This document shows, piece after piece, positions 53,501 through 62,951 of a stretch of 64,000 nt of DNA; within the stretch, counting starts at the first letter, position 1, and each line of letters opens with the position of its first letter. The stretch lies in NCBI RefSeq assembly GCF_006345805.1, contig NC_043011.1:23758464-23822463 (forward strand). The letters are read 5' to 3'. A model generated the notes under the pieces. It had not been told where the DNA came from. It ran no database searches and saw only the letters and a list, made by a program, of their open reading frames with translations. The position numbers and the translations under genes were made by a program. This DNA is from Octopus sinensis. Lineage: Eukaryota.

Positions 53501-56500
53501 GTGAAGGCTTTTAAAAAATGTGAAATTTGTAATACACAGGATGGTGCTGAAGACATTGGAACCTTTGAAGACAATGACACCAACGTTAGTGATGATGAGT
53601 TTTAGGGCTTTGATAATGACACTGTTGAATTTTCAGTTTTGCAGATGGTTCGAGTTTTGGCTTCAGAACACTTACAGTTTTCCAAACTTATTACTATACT
53701 TTTTTGCATGATCAAACATTTTGGTACCTTAGTCTCTTTACAGAATGCTTTCTGCTATTGCTAAGCTGGTTTTATTTTATCTTTACTCTCCCACCCACCT
53801 CTCACTCTGTCTCTCATACTTGTTTCTGTTTTTGGTTAATTCAGCTAGTCCATCCATCTGATGATTCAACTTTGAAAGAATTACACAGATTTTTGGGGAT
53901 TCGACTTGAAAAAAGACAAAGATGTGTTGAAGTTGCTCGACAAAAATGTATGTATTTTCTGTTTGATCAAACTGCTATGGATGTCTTCTATTGTATATGC
54001 TTGTTTTTACACAATATTGTAATGATAAAATTGTTGCATGGTGCTACTAGTGCTGTAGTTTCTTCAACATTAGTGTCTTGGCTAAAAAAAAATGGATAAA
54101 AGCAATTGAGTAAAAAAAAAAAAAAAAATCCGAGTGGAGTGTATTAACATCATGTAATTCCATTTTTATTTCTCCAACAGCTTTATTATATAACTATGTT
54201 GATTTATACTTTAAATTCCATTAGATAACTAATTTATTTACAACGTGTATTTATTACATGTTAAATTAATGGTAGGAAAACTAAAATGCTTGATGCGTCT
54301 TCTCAAGTACAGCAAATTGCCACAACTCCCAGTCCTTATTTCCTCAGCGAGCTCCAGCATGAAGCAGAATTAAAATTCAGTAGAACGTTTCTGCCAGCTC
54401 GCCATTTTAAGGCAGCGAGCTGGCAGAAATGTTAGCACGCCGATGAAATGCTTAGCAACATCTTGTCTGCTGTTACGTTCTGAGTTCAAATTCCGCCGAG
54501 GTTGACTTTGCCTTTCATCCTTTCGGGGTCGATGTAATCGACTTAATCCCTTTGTCTGTCCTTGTTTGTCCCCTCTATGTTTAGCCCCTTCTGGGCAATA
54601 AAGAAATAAATTATAATCTTGTTTAAATATGTCAAAATAATTTCTGTAGGAAATTGAGTAAAAAGGAAAATTATATTTAGTGGTTGATGGTGAGTAGTGC
54701 TAAGGTTGCTCTGGCAGTGTAGACTTCCAAATTATACTTAATTTGTCCAGTGCACTCCATGCTTTTGCTATGTGGATTGATACTTCTTTCTTTGGTGGAT
54801 GAGATACCATTTCTGAGATAAGCAAAATCTTTGATTTTCTTCTGAGGTGTACTGCTAAACAAGTTGATCTGGCTGTTCTGGTTAAAGCATGGAATCAACA
54901 TGCAATGAAAAACGTTTTATGGAAATATCCCCAACACATCATTAATCATTCAAGAGCTGAAGACAAGATATGCTTATCATTGTTATCAAAGCAAAGATGA
55001 ATTAGTGAGTGAGCTGCTTTTGTGGATCCCATGCCATGAGAATTCTTGTGTCGGATGACACATTGATATACATTGATCAACTTTCTTGTGGTGTTGAGTT
55101 ACTAGTAAAAGACCTCAAAAATATCATGGAAGATGGGAACATTTGTAGAGAATAGTTTTGGTCAAGGCAACCCAACTGAAATAATATAGTTCTAAGATTA
55201 TAGAAGCCATAGGCTAGGACATTCACTTTTGAACCTCAGAAGTCTGAAAAATAAATTCTTTTCAAGAGGTTGTTTTTTGTATCATCTAGGAACTCAAAAT
55301 AATGATGTTAATAATGATTTTTTTTTCTTTGTTTTTCAAATTCCTGTAAATTTGCCAGGATATTAAATTTAATGGTATAATAATTCTGATTTTTTTTTCT
55401 TCAGTTTTGATCTTGATTTGCATTGTCATATTGGGTGATATTTAGTATGACAAGGCAAGCTTAAAAATGAAATGTTTTTATAATGAAAATTGCTTATTAC
55501 AATCATCTTATGTCTGTTTTCCATGCTGGCATGGATTGGACTGTTTGACAGGAGCTGGCTAGCTGAAAAGCTACCTGAGCTCCATGTCTGTTTTGGCATG
55601 GTTTCTGTGACTGGATGCCTTTCCTGACACCAACCACTTTACAGCGTGTACAGGGTGCTTTTATGCAGCAACAGCATGGCCACTTTTACATGACACCAGC
55701 AGGTACTTTTTATGTGGCCCCATCACTCACAAACCCGCAAAATTAGAATTGCTCTGCTGAAGAGGGTGTAGGAGACATACCTGTAGCAAAGACAACAACG
55801 ATTTTACTTAGCTCGACTTGTCTTCTCTAGCACAGCAAATTGCTAGAAGTCTCAGTCCCTTGTCATACCCTCTGTGAGGCCCAACATTTTAAGATTTTGT
55901 CTCATCACTTTGACCCACATCTTCCTGTGTCTACCCCTTCCACATGTTTCTCCACAATTAGAGATCAGTACTTCTTGATGCAGCTGTCCTTATCCATACA
56001 CATTACATGATCATACCAGTGCAATCTTCTCTTGCATATTACATCTGATGCCTTGTATACCCAGTTTTTCTCTCAAATCACTCACACTCTGATGTATATA
56101 TATACTGACATTACCATCCATTTTTTTTTTTTTTCTAATAGGTGATGATTTCCGTTCACTTTTGCTAAAAGTGGAGAAAGAGAATTCCTACCTCCCAGTT
56201 CTTGAAAAAGAAGTTTTTAATCTTCGCAGAGAAAACACAAATTTGAAACAAGACAATCTAAATATAAACAAAGAACTGAAAGAGCTTCAGCAAGAATTAA
56301 GAGCCATAAATTCAAAATTAAGAAGCTCTGAACGACAAGTAAGTGAAGATTTATTGTCTTTTACAAAACAGGGAGAGGCCAAGCAGTGTAGGATAATGAA
56401 CATTACCAATCTCAGGTTCATATATTTAAAATCTATTGAATTTCAAAATACTATATGTGCTTCTTGCATGACATCTGTTCAGGCCTACTTTCTGCACTTA

Positions 56501-59104
56501 ATCACAATTTAAGTCTTGAGTAATGCTAGGGAAGGAGCTAATGCTATTGGTTCATTTGATTGTCATTAGAACAATTAAATTCAGTTTTTATCATTCTTCA
56601 ATTTCTTGCGAACCAAATGTATATCTCTACATATATAAACGGCAAAATGTCTGTGTGCGTGTCCTTTATACAAATCCACAATTTTTCAGTTAGAGGGCTC
56701 GCACTTTCTATGATCATTCAAAACCATCCAAGGGTGGTCGTCCACATCTTTACATTTCCCCAGTCACCCCGCAAAGCCATTAAAAAATCAATAGAAGTGA
56801 ATTTTTTGTGAATTTTCTATCCAAAACCCAATCAAAATGCCCGAAACTTGATACGCCAATTGAATGCCAGCTAGATGTATGTGATTGGTCGGAGATTTGG
56901 ACAGTACTCGTGTGTATGTGCGCACACACACAGCTGTATATTCATGCACTAGCTAGTGCTAGTGTATTATATTCTTTTACCTGTTTCAGTCATTGGACTG
57001 TAGTCATGCTGGGGCACCACCTTGAAGGGTTTAGTCGAACAAATTGATACCAGTACTTATTATTTAAAGCCTGATACTTATTCTATCAGTCTCCTTTAAC
57101 AGACTGCTAAGTTACAGGGACTTAAACCAACATCAGTTATCAACCAATGGACACACACACATGACAGGCTGCTTTCAGTTTCCATCTGCAAAATCCATTT
57201 ATAAACCTTTAGTTGGCTTAAAGCTATAATAGAAAACATTTGTCCAAGATGCCACACGATGGGACTGAACCTGAAACTGTGTGATTGAGAAGCAGACATC
57301 TTAGCACAGAGCTGTGCTTATGCCAGTTAACTTTTTTGAGGAATAACCTGTCCATGGCATAACAAATATCATTACAGAGATTTCTTTAGCATTAACCCTA
57401 GATTCCAGCACTCTTTACCATTTGAAATGTTCACTTCACTCCACTATTTTATTGCTACATCATTGTATTCTCTGTAGTCACTGTCTCCAGATATTATTTC
57501 AACTGAGAAAGTACACTGCACTCACTCAATTTTCTCCTAATGTTGTTCTGTACATTTAAAATTTTTTTCCTGCCACTATGCTCCTCTGACATTGTATTTT
57601 TAAATGGATTTTCCAACACCTTGCTGACATTAGTTTTTGCTGTGTGTCTCTGTAGTTTTTTCTTTTAATTTTCACTTCAGCTACTTATAGCACTTGTTTC
57701 ATCCAGTTCTGATTTGTTTAATTAGGATTGAGGTTGAGAGTTCGATTCCCGGACCGGGCTGTGTGTTGTGTTCTTGAGCAAGACACTTTAATTCACGTTG
57801 CTCCAGTTCACTCAGCTGTAGAAATGAGTTGTGACGTCACGGGTGCCAAGCTGTATCGGTCTTTGCCTTTCACTTGGATAACATCAGTGGCATGGAGAGG
57901 GGCAGGTTAGTATGCATGGGCAACTGCTGGTCTTCCATAAACAACCTTGCCTGGACTTGTGCCTTGGTGTGTAACTTTGTAGGTGCAATCCCATGGTCAT
58001 TCATGACCGAAAGGGGTCTCAATATTACTATTTCTCTTATGCAACATATTCAACCAACAAAATATTAAGTTCCAGTGTTTCATCTCACTTATTTTTTTAA
58101 GTCTGGTACTTATTCTATTGATGTCTTCTGTCAAACCACTAAGTTACAGGGTTGTAAAGAAACCAACATCATTAGTCTAGCAGTTTTGGGAAAAAGCACT
58201 CATGCGCACACACGCGTATACATATGTGTATGTGTGTGTGTGTGCACATATATGAGGAACTTCCACACAGTTTCTACCTGCCGAGCTCACTTACAAGGTA
58301 ATGGTCAACCTATTGTTATAAGACATTTGCCCAAGATGCCATGCAGTGAGACTGAACCTGAAACCATTGTAGTTGCAAAGTGAGCTTCTTAACCACACAG
58401 CTATACCTAAAAATTTTTTTATCAACGACTGCTAAGGAAAATAATTTTCATTTTATAGAAATATCATCATTTCTAAATCTCTCAAAGAGGGACATTCAGT
58501 AACAGTTCCTTAAAGTAAAGGCTATTTGCCAACATAATGTGGCTGTCCTGAAAGGGATGATGTTACTGTTATTTTAGCCCCAAGAAACATTGCCTCACAC
58601 TGCATCATCAATGACTCATTTCATGATTCATTCTAACAATGGCTTTGCTCGTATATGAGAAAGCTGCTACTAGGCGCAGGAGTGACTATAGGCGCAGGAG
58701 TGGCTGTGTGGTAAGTAGCTTGCTAACTAACCACATGGTTCCGGGTTCAGTCCCTCTGCGTGGCATCTTGGGCAAGTGTCTTCTGCTATAGCCCCGGGCC
58801 GACCAATGCCTTGTGAGTGGATTTGGTAGATGGAAACTGAAAGAAGCCTGTCGTATATATGTGTATATATATATGTATGTGTGTGTATATGTTTGTGTGT
58901 CTGTGTTTGTCCCCCTAGCATTGCTTGACAACCGATGCTGGTGTGTTTACGTCCCCGTCACTTAGCGGTTCGGCAAAAGAGACCGATAGAATAAGTACTG
59001 GGCTTACAAAAGAATAAGTCCTGGGGTCGAGTTGCTCGACTAAAGGCGGTGCTCCAGCATGGCCGCAGTCAAATGACTGAAACAAGTAAAAGAGAGTAAA
59101 AGCG

Positions 59105-59165
<61 letters not shown>

Positions 59166-60847
59166 TTATTGTCGGTGTGTGTATGTGATAGGCTTCAGTC
59201 AGTTTCCATCTACCAAATCCATTTAGTAAGGCTTTGATTGACCTGGTGCCATAATAAAAGACATTTGACCAAGGTGTCATGCAGAGGGATTGAATGTGGA
59301 GCCATTAGGTGGGAGGCAAACTTCTTACCAAACAGCCACGCTTGAATTATTTCTTATTTAACAGAATTGGTGAAATACACATATAATATGGTGCTACTTT
59401 TATTTTATTTTGCTTAAAAAGTCTTGTGCAAGCATTTTCAACATTTAATAACTTCATACCGTTTCAGCTACAAGAAAAGAATTCATTGATAAGAGAAGCC
59501 AGAGATGAAAAATGTCAGCTAAAGAGTGATTATGAAACCAGAATACAGCAAAATGAACAAAAGTTTCGACAGCAGGTACTGTTACTCCGTAACTATATTG
59601 TGACTGAATTCCTCACTAGTAGATTGTTCTGCTATATCAGTGTCGATCAATTGAAATCTCATGTTGTCTTTCATTTTATGAGATTTTAAATATATATGCA
59701 ATAATAAATCTCTGAATGAGATGTAAACATAAAGTATACTAGCCATCTCAATATGGCTAACCACTAAGGGTGAGTGTTACTGTAGCTTTTAGCCCCAGGA
59801 GATCATCGTCTCCTGCTGGCTTTAGGCACACTTTCTGTGCCCTTAGGGTATTTGCATAAGGGCACAGAAAGTGTGCCGAAAGCCAGCTGGAGACGATGAT
59901 CTCCTGGGGCTAAAAGCTACAGTAACACCCACCCTTAGTGGTTAGCCATATTGAGATGGCTAGTATACTTTACGTTAAATATATATGCTTTTGTAGAAAA
60001 GGTCTCTAACAGTTTGGAATTAAATTTAGATTAAATTTGAATTTTTTAATTTTCTCAGTATCATCATTACGCCATTTAGCATGGTTTCTCAGGCTGAATG
60101 TCAGTCTTAATGCCAACCACTACATAATATACTTGAGCGTTTTCTCATGGGACCAACACAAGAGAGATTACTTTGTTCCCTGTGAAACCCAAGTTTTTCC
60201 CTACATTGTTTTCAATGGTTCAAGGCAACATGACCAAGAGGGTGAAAGAGAGAAAGGGTGATAGATGTGGGAGCAATGGAAGGGAAACGGTGATGTAATG
60301 GCTGCATCCTGGTTGTTAGTAAGGAGATTGAATTGTGATGGGAGGAAAGTAGTGTGTTCAGAGGGAATAACAGAGGTGAGGTAGAGAGCTAGATATTAAT
60401 TATGAAAGGGCTGTGTTGGGAGAGAGTGATAGGTAATAAATAGGAAATATCGAATATAGACAGATCTAATGCCATCTCCTGAATGTTTTTTTTTTTTTTT
60501 TTTTGTATATTTGTCAGTTCTTGCTTCTTAGTTTACCTGCTTTGTTATTTTATTTGTAGGAATATGACCGGCAGAAATTAGAGTACAAGTGTCGGACATA
60601 CCTTCAAGAAAAAGATCGTAAGCTAAACATTTTGAAAAACCTTGTGAACGAACACTCTTCTGAATCAAGCACTAGTACCACACCATCTGTTACTCCAAAA
60701 CCCGCCAGAAAATTACGGACATTCACCACCCCAGCTCCCTATACTGCTCCCAGACCAGACCCAGCTCCAAGGAAACCTGTAACAAGACTAGCTGCTGCAC
60801 GGTCACTCCATAATTTAGACCAAGTTAGTTCTTCATCTTCCAAAAAG
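3620..60847 (+). CDS. KIF23: Kinesin-like protein KIF23 / MKLP1 (kinesin-6, centralspindlin motor); 19 coding exons, 3' end outside window
   Basis: Hand-spliced exons give a continuous 724-codon ORF starting [23 protein letters not shown], with [80 protein letters not shown] and then coiled coil. The long loop-6 insert and these motifs match MKLP1/KIF23 as I recall it. No stop codon is reached. Confidence 0.93.
5131..5406. mobile_element. MITE with 9-bp TSD (Mutator/MULE-like)
   Basis: TIRs ggtactactagcgaacagtggtccc / gggaccactgttcgctagtagtacc; exact TSD tattgtgtg at 5122-5130 and 5407-5415. Confidence 0.85.
7389..7579 (+). mobile_element. Mariner-derived MITE (further copies 25078-25298 and ~38240-38453)
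   Basis: TA-flanked TIRs tgaggggttgctgaaaagtt / aacttttctgcacttccttg; retains the last transposase codons before stop. Confidence 0.75.
11092..11329. repeat. Near-perfect ~238-bp palindrome
   Basis: Arms are reverse complements centred on aagctt (11210-11215), with no spacer. Confidence 0.93.
11486..11800 (+). mobile_element. tRNA-derived SINE family C (copies 8884-9200, 46438-46670, 57727-58020)
   Basis: Head ggcgcat..ctcagtggttagag..gtttgaatccc, then gtgttcttgagcaagacactt..ccagttcactcagctg. Confidence 0.85.
13864..14091. mobile_element. piggyBac-like MITE family 2 (second copy inverted at 18575-18792)
   Basis: TTAA-CCCTTT ... AAAGGG-TTAA ends; two near-identical copies. Confidence 0.85.
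18813..18876 (+). CDS. KIF23: KIF23 exon 2 ([21 protein letters not shown])
   Basis: tttctttttcag acceptor, GAG|gtaaag donor; KTPRK resembles the N-terminal CDK1 site of MKLP1. Confidence 0.88.
19680..20110 (-). mobile_element. Decayed CR1-group LINE 3' fragment
   Basis: [39 protein letters not shown] resembles CR1/Crack ORF2 C-termini. Confidence 0.6.
22659..22751 (+). CDS. KIF23: KIF23 exon 3 ([31 protein letters not shown])
   Basis: ttccacag acceptor, gtaagt donor, kinesin beta-1 motif VYCRIKP. Confidence 0.92.
22881..23215. repeat. (CAT)n / CGTGATCATTGC minisatellite expanded from an RTE-type SINE tail
   Basis: Tandem catcatcat-cgtgatcattgc units running directly into ccacttttccatgcttgtatggg. 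Confidence 0.85.
26265..26291 (+). CDS. KIF23: KIF23 exon 4, 27-nt microexon (GYRNAQPRE)
   Basis: Long pyrimidine tract ending ttag, donor gtaaat, phase 0/0; peptide resembles the MKLP1 GYR..KE segment before the YxF+QVF motif. Confidence 0.75.
26740..27240. mobile_element. Tigger-like MITE (degenerate)
   Basis: tacagcaatgcctcg ... gaggtattactata degenerate TIRs. Confidence 0.55.
27838..28100 (-). mobile_element. 5'-truncated RTE 3' tail (representative; many copies, e.g. 20660-21017, 32686-32984, 50750-51063)
   Basis: (CAT)n followed by tttaatgtccgctttccatgctagcatgggttggac..ctggatgc.cttcctaacgccaaccac, homologous to the 3' UTR of the RTE at 55500-56120. Confidence 0.8.
28507..28612 (+). 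CDS. KIF23: KIF23 exon 5 ([35 protein letters not shown])
   Basis: ctccccccag acceptor, gtaagt donor, kinesin YTF..VF..Q..F motif. Confidence 0.93.
30104..30550 (-). mobile_element. Non-autonomous Helitron-like element (related 5' ends at ~41652 and ~56625 on +)
   Basis: Minus strand begins A|TCTACTATAAT and ends with a short hairpin (gccgtca..tgatggt) plus CTAG|T. Confidence 0.6.
31452..31790. mobile_element. Penelope-like inverted pseudo-LTR remnant with minimal hammerhead motifs
   Basis: ~150-bp inverted arms, 13-bp direct repeat taaggctatgatt (31439-31451 and 31791-31803), CTGA(T/A)GA..GAAAC core in each arm. Confidence 0.7.
31919..32055 (+). CDS. KIF23: KIF23 exon 6 (P-loop [27 protein letters not shown])
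   Basis: Walker A motif, tttgtcag acceptor, gtaaga donor. Confidence 0.96.
33416..33914. mobile_element. Tigger/pogo-like MITE
   Basis: TA-flanked TIRs ccgtaaatcctcgagtata / tatactcgaggatttgcgg; the empty site is preserved in the paralogous segment at ~32420. Confidence 0.85.
34450..34565 (+). CDS. KIF23: KIF23 exon 7 ([23 protein letters not shown]), kinesin-6 loop-6 insert
   Basis: aaccaacag acceptor, weak AA|gtaaaa donor required by phase; VF.P...NGF.VQ.E.DA is MKLP1-like. Confidence 0.88.
36385..36552 (+). CDS. KIF23: KIF23 exon 8 (..[21 protein letters not shown]..)
   Basis: cctattgtag acceptor, gtaagt donor, conserved SYxExYN..YDLL. Confidence 0.94.
36876..36988 (+). CDS. KIF23: KIF23 exon 9 ([37 protein letters not shown])
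   Basis: catttcag acceptor, gtcagt donor, RED...Y...EVEV motif. Confidence 0.92.
39437..39558 (+). CDS. KIF23: KIF23 exon 10 (switch [30 protein letters not shown])
   Basis: SSRSH motif; cactag acceptor, gtaagt donor. Confidence 0.95.
40206..40723. mobile_element. Tigger/pogo-like MITE
   Basis: taccgtatttact ... agtaaatacggta terminal inverted repeats. Confidence 0.75.
42415..42517 (+). CDS. KIF23: KIF23 exon 11 (switch [15 protein letters not shown])
   Basis: DLAGSE motif; taatag acceptor, gtaagt donor. Confidence 0.95.
43426..43505 (+). CDS. KIF23: KIF23 exon 12 ([26 protein letters not shown])
   Basis: ttttcag acceptor, AGG|gtgtgt donor, helix alpha-4. Confidence 0.92.
43630..44020 (-). 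mobile_element. RTE/Expander-like RT fragment (second family)
   Basis: [32 protein letters not shown]. Confidence 0.82.
44425..45460 (-). mobile_element. Decayed mariner transposase
   Basis: [31 protein letters not shown] and [16 protein letters not shown] on the minus strand with frameshifts; TIR tattgggttatcccataaataatgcag at 44425. Confidence 0.92.
45862..45981 (+). CDS. KIF23: KIF23 exon 13 ([34 protein letters not shown])
   Basis: PYRDSKLT motif; aaacag acceptor, gtttgt donor. Confidence 0.94.
46911..47134. mobile_element. piggyBac-like MITE family 1 (copies 18983-19201, 29303-29530, 32155-32408, ~33180-33400, ~37104-37333, 50207-50433)
   Basis: TTAA-ccctttagcatt ... aatgctaaaggg-TTAA, ~225 bp, multiple copies. 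Confidence 0.87.
47761..47899 (+). CDS. KIF23: KIF23 exon 14 ([12 protein letters not shown].., end of motor domain and neck)
   Basis: cccttgcag acceptor, CAG|gtaaat donor. Confidence 0.92.
48448..49857 (+). mobile_element. Decayed RTE-clade LINE reverse transcriptase
   Basis: [58 protein letters not shown] with stops and frameshifts. Confidence 0.93.
50648..51898. repeat. Exact 279-bp direct duplication enclosing a self-inserted inverted duplication
   Basis: 50648-50926 equals 51620-51898; 51094-51329 is the reverse complement of 51005-51095 joined to 51327-51472. Confidence 0.9.
51964..52040 (+). CDS. KIF23: KIF23 exon 15 ([25 protein letters not shown])
   Basis: T-rich tract ending tttcag, GAG|gtaatt; phases match both neighbours. 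Confidence 0.85.
52852..53250. mobile_element. MITE with ~75-bp TIRs (related single end at ~7220-7282)
   Basis: aattctgctttaagtatcccatataacccctcatag / cttatgagggggttatatggggtgcttaaagcagaatt. Confidence 0.7.
53358..53620 (+). mobile_element. Pogo-family transposase C-terminal relic
   Basis: [54 protein letters not shown]. Confidence 0.8.
53845..53947 (+). CDS. KIF23: KIF23 exon 16 ([34 protein letters not shown])
   Basis: aattcag acceptor, gtatgt donor; phase consistent. Confidence 0.87.
54700..55140 (+). mobile_element. Highly decayed RTE-type LINE C-terminal fragment
   Basis: [30 protein letters not shown] resembles an RTE ORF end. Confidence 0.6.
55500..56120 (-). mobile_element. RTE LINE 3' end (C-terminal ORF, 3' UTR and GAT tail)
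   Basis: Minus-strand [42 protein letters not shown], followed by the aaaagcacc / ggaagggcatccag / ccatgccagcatggaaa tail found throughout the window. Confidence 0.85.
56142..56338 (+). CDS. KIF23: KIF23 exon 17 (coiled coil)
   Basis: Poly-T tract ending ctaatag, gtaagt donor; heptad-like L/E/K/Q peptide. Confidence 0.9.
58691..59100 (+). mobile_element. tRNA-derived CORE-like SINE family B with internal (TA/TG)n (young copies 62740-63120 +, 24157-24542 -; many older copies)
   Basis: A-box tggctgtgtggtaag, B-box gggttcagtccc, core cttgggcaagtgtctt, tail gactgaaacaagtaaaagag; resembles octopus OR-type SINEs as I recall them. Confidence 0.88.
59468..59575 (+). CDS. KIF23: KIF23 exon 18 (coiled coil [19 protein letters not shown])
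   Basis: gtttcag acceptor, CAG|gtactg donor, phase 0/0. Confidence 0.87.
59727..59976. repeat. ~120-bp-arm fold-back with ~10-nt loop
   Basis: aaagtatactagccatctc..tgccctta / taagggca..gagatggctagtatacttt; flanking direct repeat ttaaatatatatgc. Confidence 0.93.
60560..60847 (+). CDS. KIF23: KIF23 exon 19 (end of coiled coil, Ser/Thr/Pro-rich tail)
   Basis: tatttgtag acceptor, AAG|gtaagc donor, 96 open codons. Confidence 0.88.
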
Positions 60848-61377
60848 GTAAGCATTATCAGCATCTTCCAAAGGGCATTCTCATTTTCTATTCTCCACTT
60901 ATTATTTCACCTTTGTTTCTTTTACCCAATCATCTCTCTTCTTTCACTTTTGTCTCACCTTCTTTAGATGGCTTTTTTTTTTTTTTTTTTTACAATTTTT
61001 TTCATATTCCATTCTATTTCATTGATATCATATTCCTATCTTGTTCTTTTATTTTAGATTTAAAAATGTGTTTATTATAAAAATGTACATTTCTGAAAAA
61101 GAAACTCTAAAGTTTTAGCTCTAAATTATGAAGAGAATCACTGATTTTTGAAAAGGCTTTTGTGCAACTTGTCATTTTCTGATTTTAATCATTATTTTCC
61201 CAAACTTCATTTTTTCATTTCTAACCCAACTGAAATTATTATTTATTTTATGTGTGTTCATTCATTCACATTCCGGGCACACATCTCTGTAGTTCTCTCC
61301 TGCTATGTACATTAAAATCCTATGATTTTATCTTGTGCATTCAGTCTTTATTTTATGTGAGTTAATATTTTCAACCA

Positions 61378-61820
61378 AGCAGGCATGACTGTGTAGTTAA
61401 GAAGCTTGCTTCCCAACCATGTGGTCTCAAGTTCAGTCCCTCTGCACAGCACCTTGGGCAAATGTTTTCTACTATAACTCCTGACTGAGTGAGTGGAATT
61501 GGTAGATGGAAACTGAAAGAAGCCTGTCTTTTCTGCCTGTATAGACACACACACACACACACACGTGTTTGTGTATGCATGTGTGCATGTATGCCCTTGT
61601 TTTGATATTGTGAATATCATTATCATATAAACGATGTTATTTGTTTCCAGTCTTCTATGGAAAACGTCTGGCTATGGGGTAAATATTGACCTTGCTTGGA
61701 AACCAGTGAGGGTTGGTGATAGGAAAAGCGTCTGGTTGTAGAAAGTCTGCTGCAACAAATTCCATTTGACCCATGCAAACATGAAAAAAGAAAAGTGGGC
61801 GTTAAATCATGATGATGATC
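61378..61820 (+). mobile_element. SINE family D: family-B head and core with an RTE-type tail (copies 6443-6845, 14360-14780, 17440-17870, 21565-21968 on -)
   Basis: Same head as family B, different module after the microsatellite, ending ccatgcaaacatgaaaa..gttaaatcatgatgatga. Confidence 0.75.
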
Positions 61821-61920
61821 TATTTCTGGTTTAATTACAGTGTATATTTTTTTGTGTAGTAAACTTTAAAATGTGTTTACTAAATATTCACACCTGTAAG
61901 TCAATGTAATAGCTCAATTT

Positions 61921-62203
61921 ACCAAAACTATTTTGTGTAGTGTTTTGACTAATTAATTAATATATGAACTTACCTGTGCACAAATCCCTCCCTTCCCCTT
62001 GCAACTTTTCTCTCTCTCTTTTTCTAACTGGGGTAGCTATGTATCTCCTCTACTGCAGGACACCTGTACCAAAACTATTTTGCGTAGTATTTTGACTGAT
62101 TAATGTATGAACTTACCTGTGTAAAAATTCCCTCCTGCAACTTTTCTCCCTTTTTTTTCTAGCTGGGGTAGCTATGTATCTTCTCTACTTCAAGACGCCT
62201 GTA
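61921..62203. repeat. Tandem duplication of ~140 bp
   Basis: accaaaactattttg..aacttacctgtg..ctggggtagctatgtatct..cctgta occurs twice. Confidence 0.85.
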
Positions 62204-62901
62204 TCTATCTTATCATACTCATCTCCTGGTTCAAAGACCCCTTACTCAATAACACTCCCTCTCTCAGTCGATGGGTCCTATCGTACAAATTACTTGGTGA
62301 TATCATTGCTGCCATGTAAAAAGCACCCAGTACATCCTGTAAAATAACTGGCATTAGGAAGGGCATCCAACCATAGAAATTATAACAAAGCAGACAGTAG
62401 ATTGGCACAGTCCTCTGGATCACCAGCTTCTGTCAATCCGTCAACCCATTCCTGCATAGAAGGTGGATGTTAAATCATGGTAATGATGTTACTTAAGGTT
62501 GCACTGTTATGAAAATTAGATCAGAATGAGTCAATTTTATTGATACAAATTTAGGAATTTGTACATATACTATATTTTCGGTTGGGTCAGAGATATCAAC
62601 AACCAATCTCTGATGTAACAGTAAAAAAAATGCTGAAACTGATCTGATTTATCATTTGTTTGCTGGTGACAGAAAAATGTCGTTTAATTACTGTATCTTA
62701 ATTACTGTATCTTCATATCTCAGTGAGATAGTTAACATAGGCACAAGAGTGGCTGTGTGGTAAGTAGCTTGCTAACCAACCACATGGTTCCGGGTTCAGT
62801 CCCACTGCATGGCATCTTGGGCAAGTGTCTTCTGCTATAGCCCCGGGCCGACCAAAGCCTTGTGAGTGGATTTGGTAGACGGAAACTAAAAGAAGCCTGT
62901 C

Positions 62902-62951
<50 letters not shown>

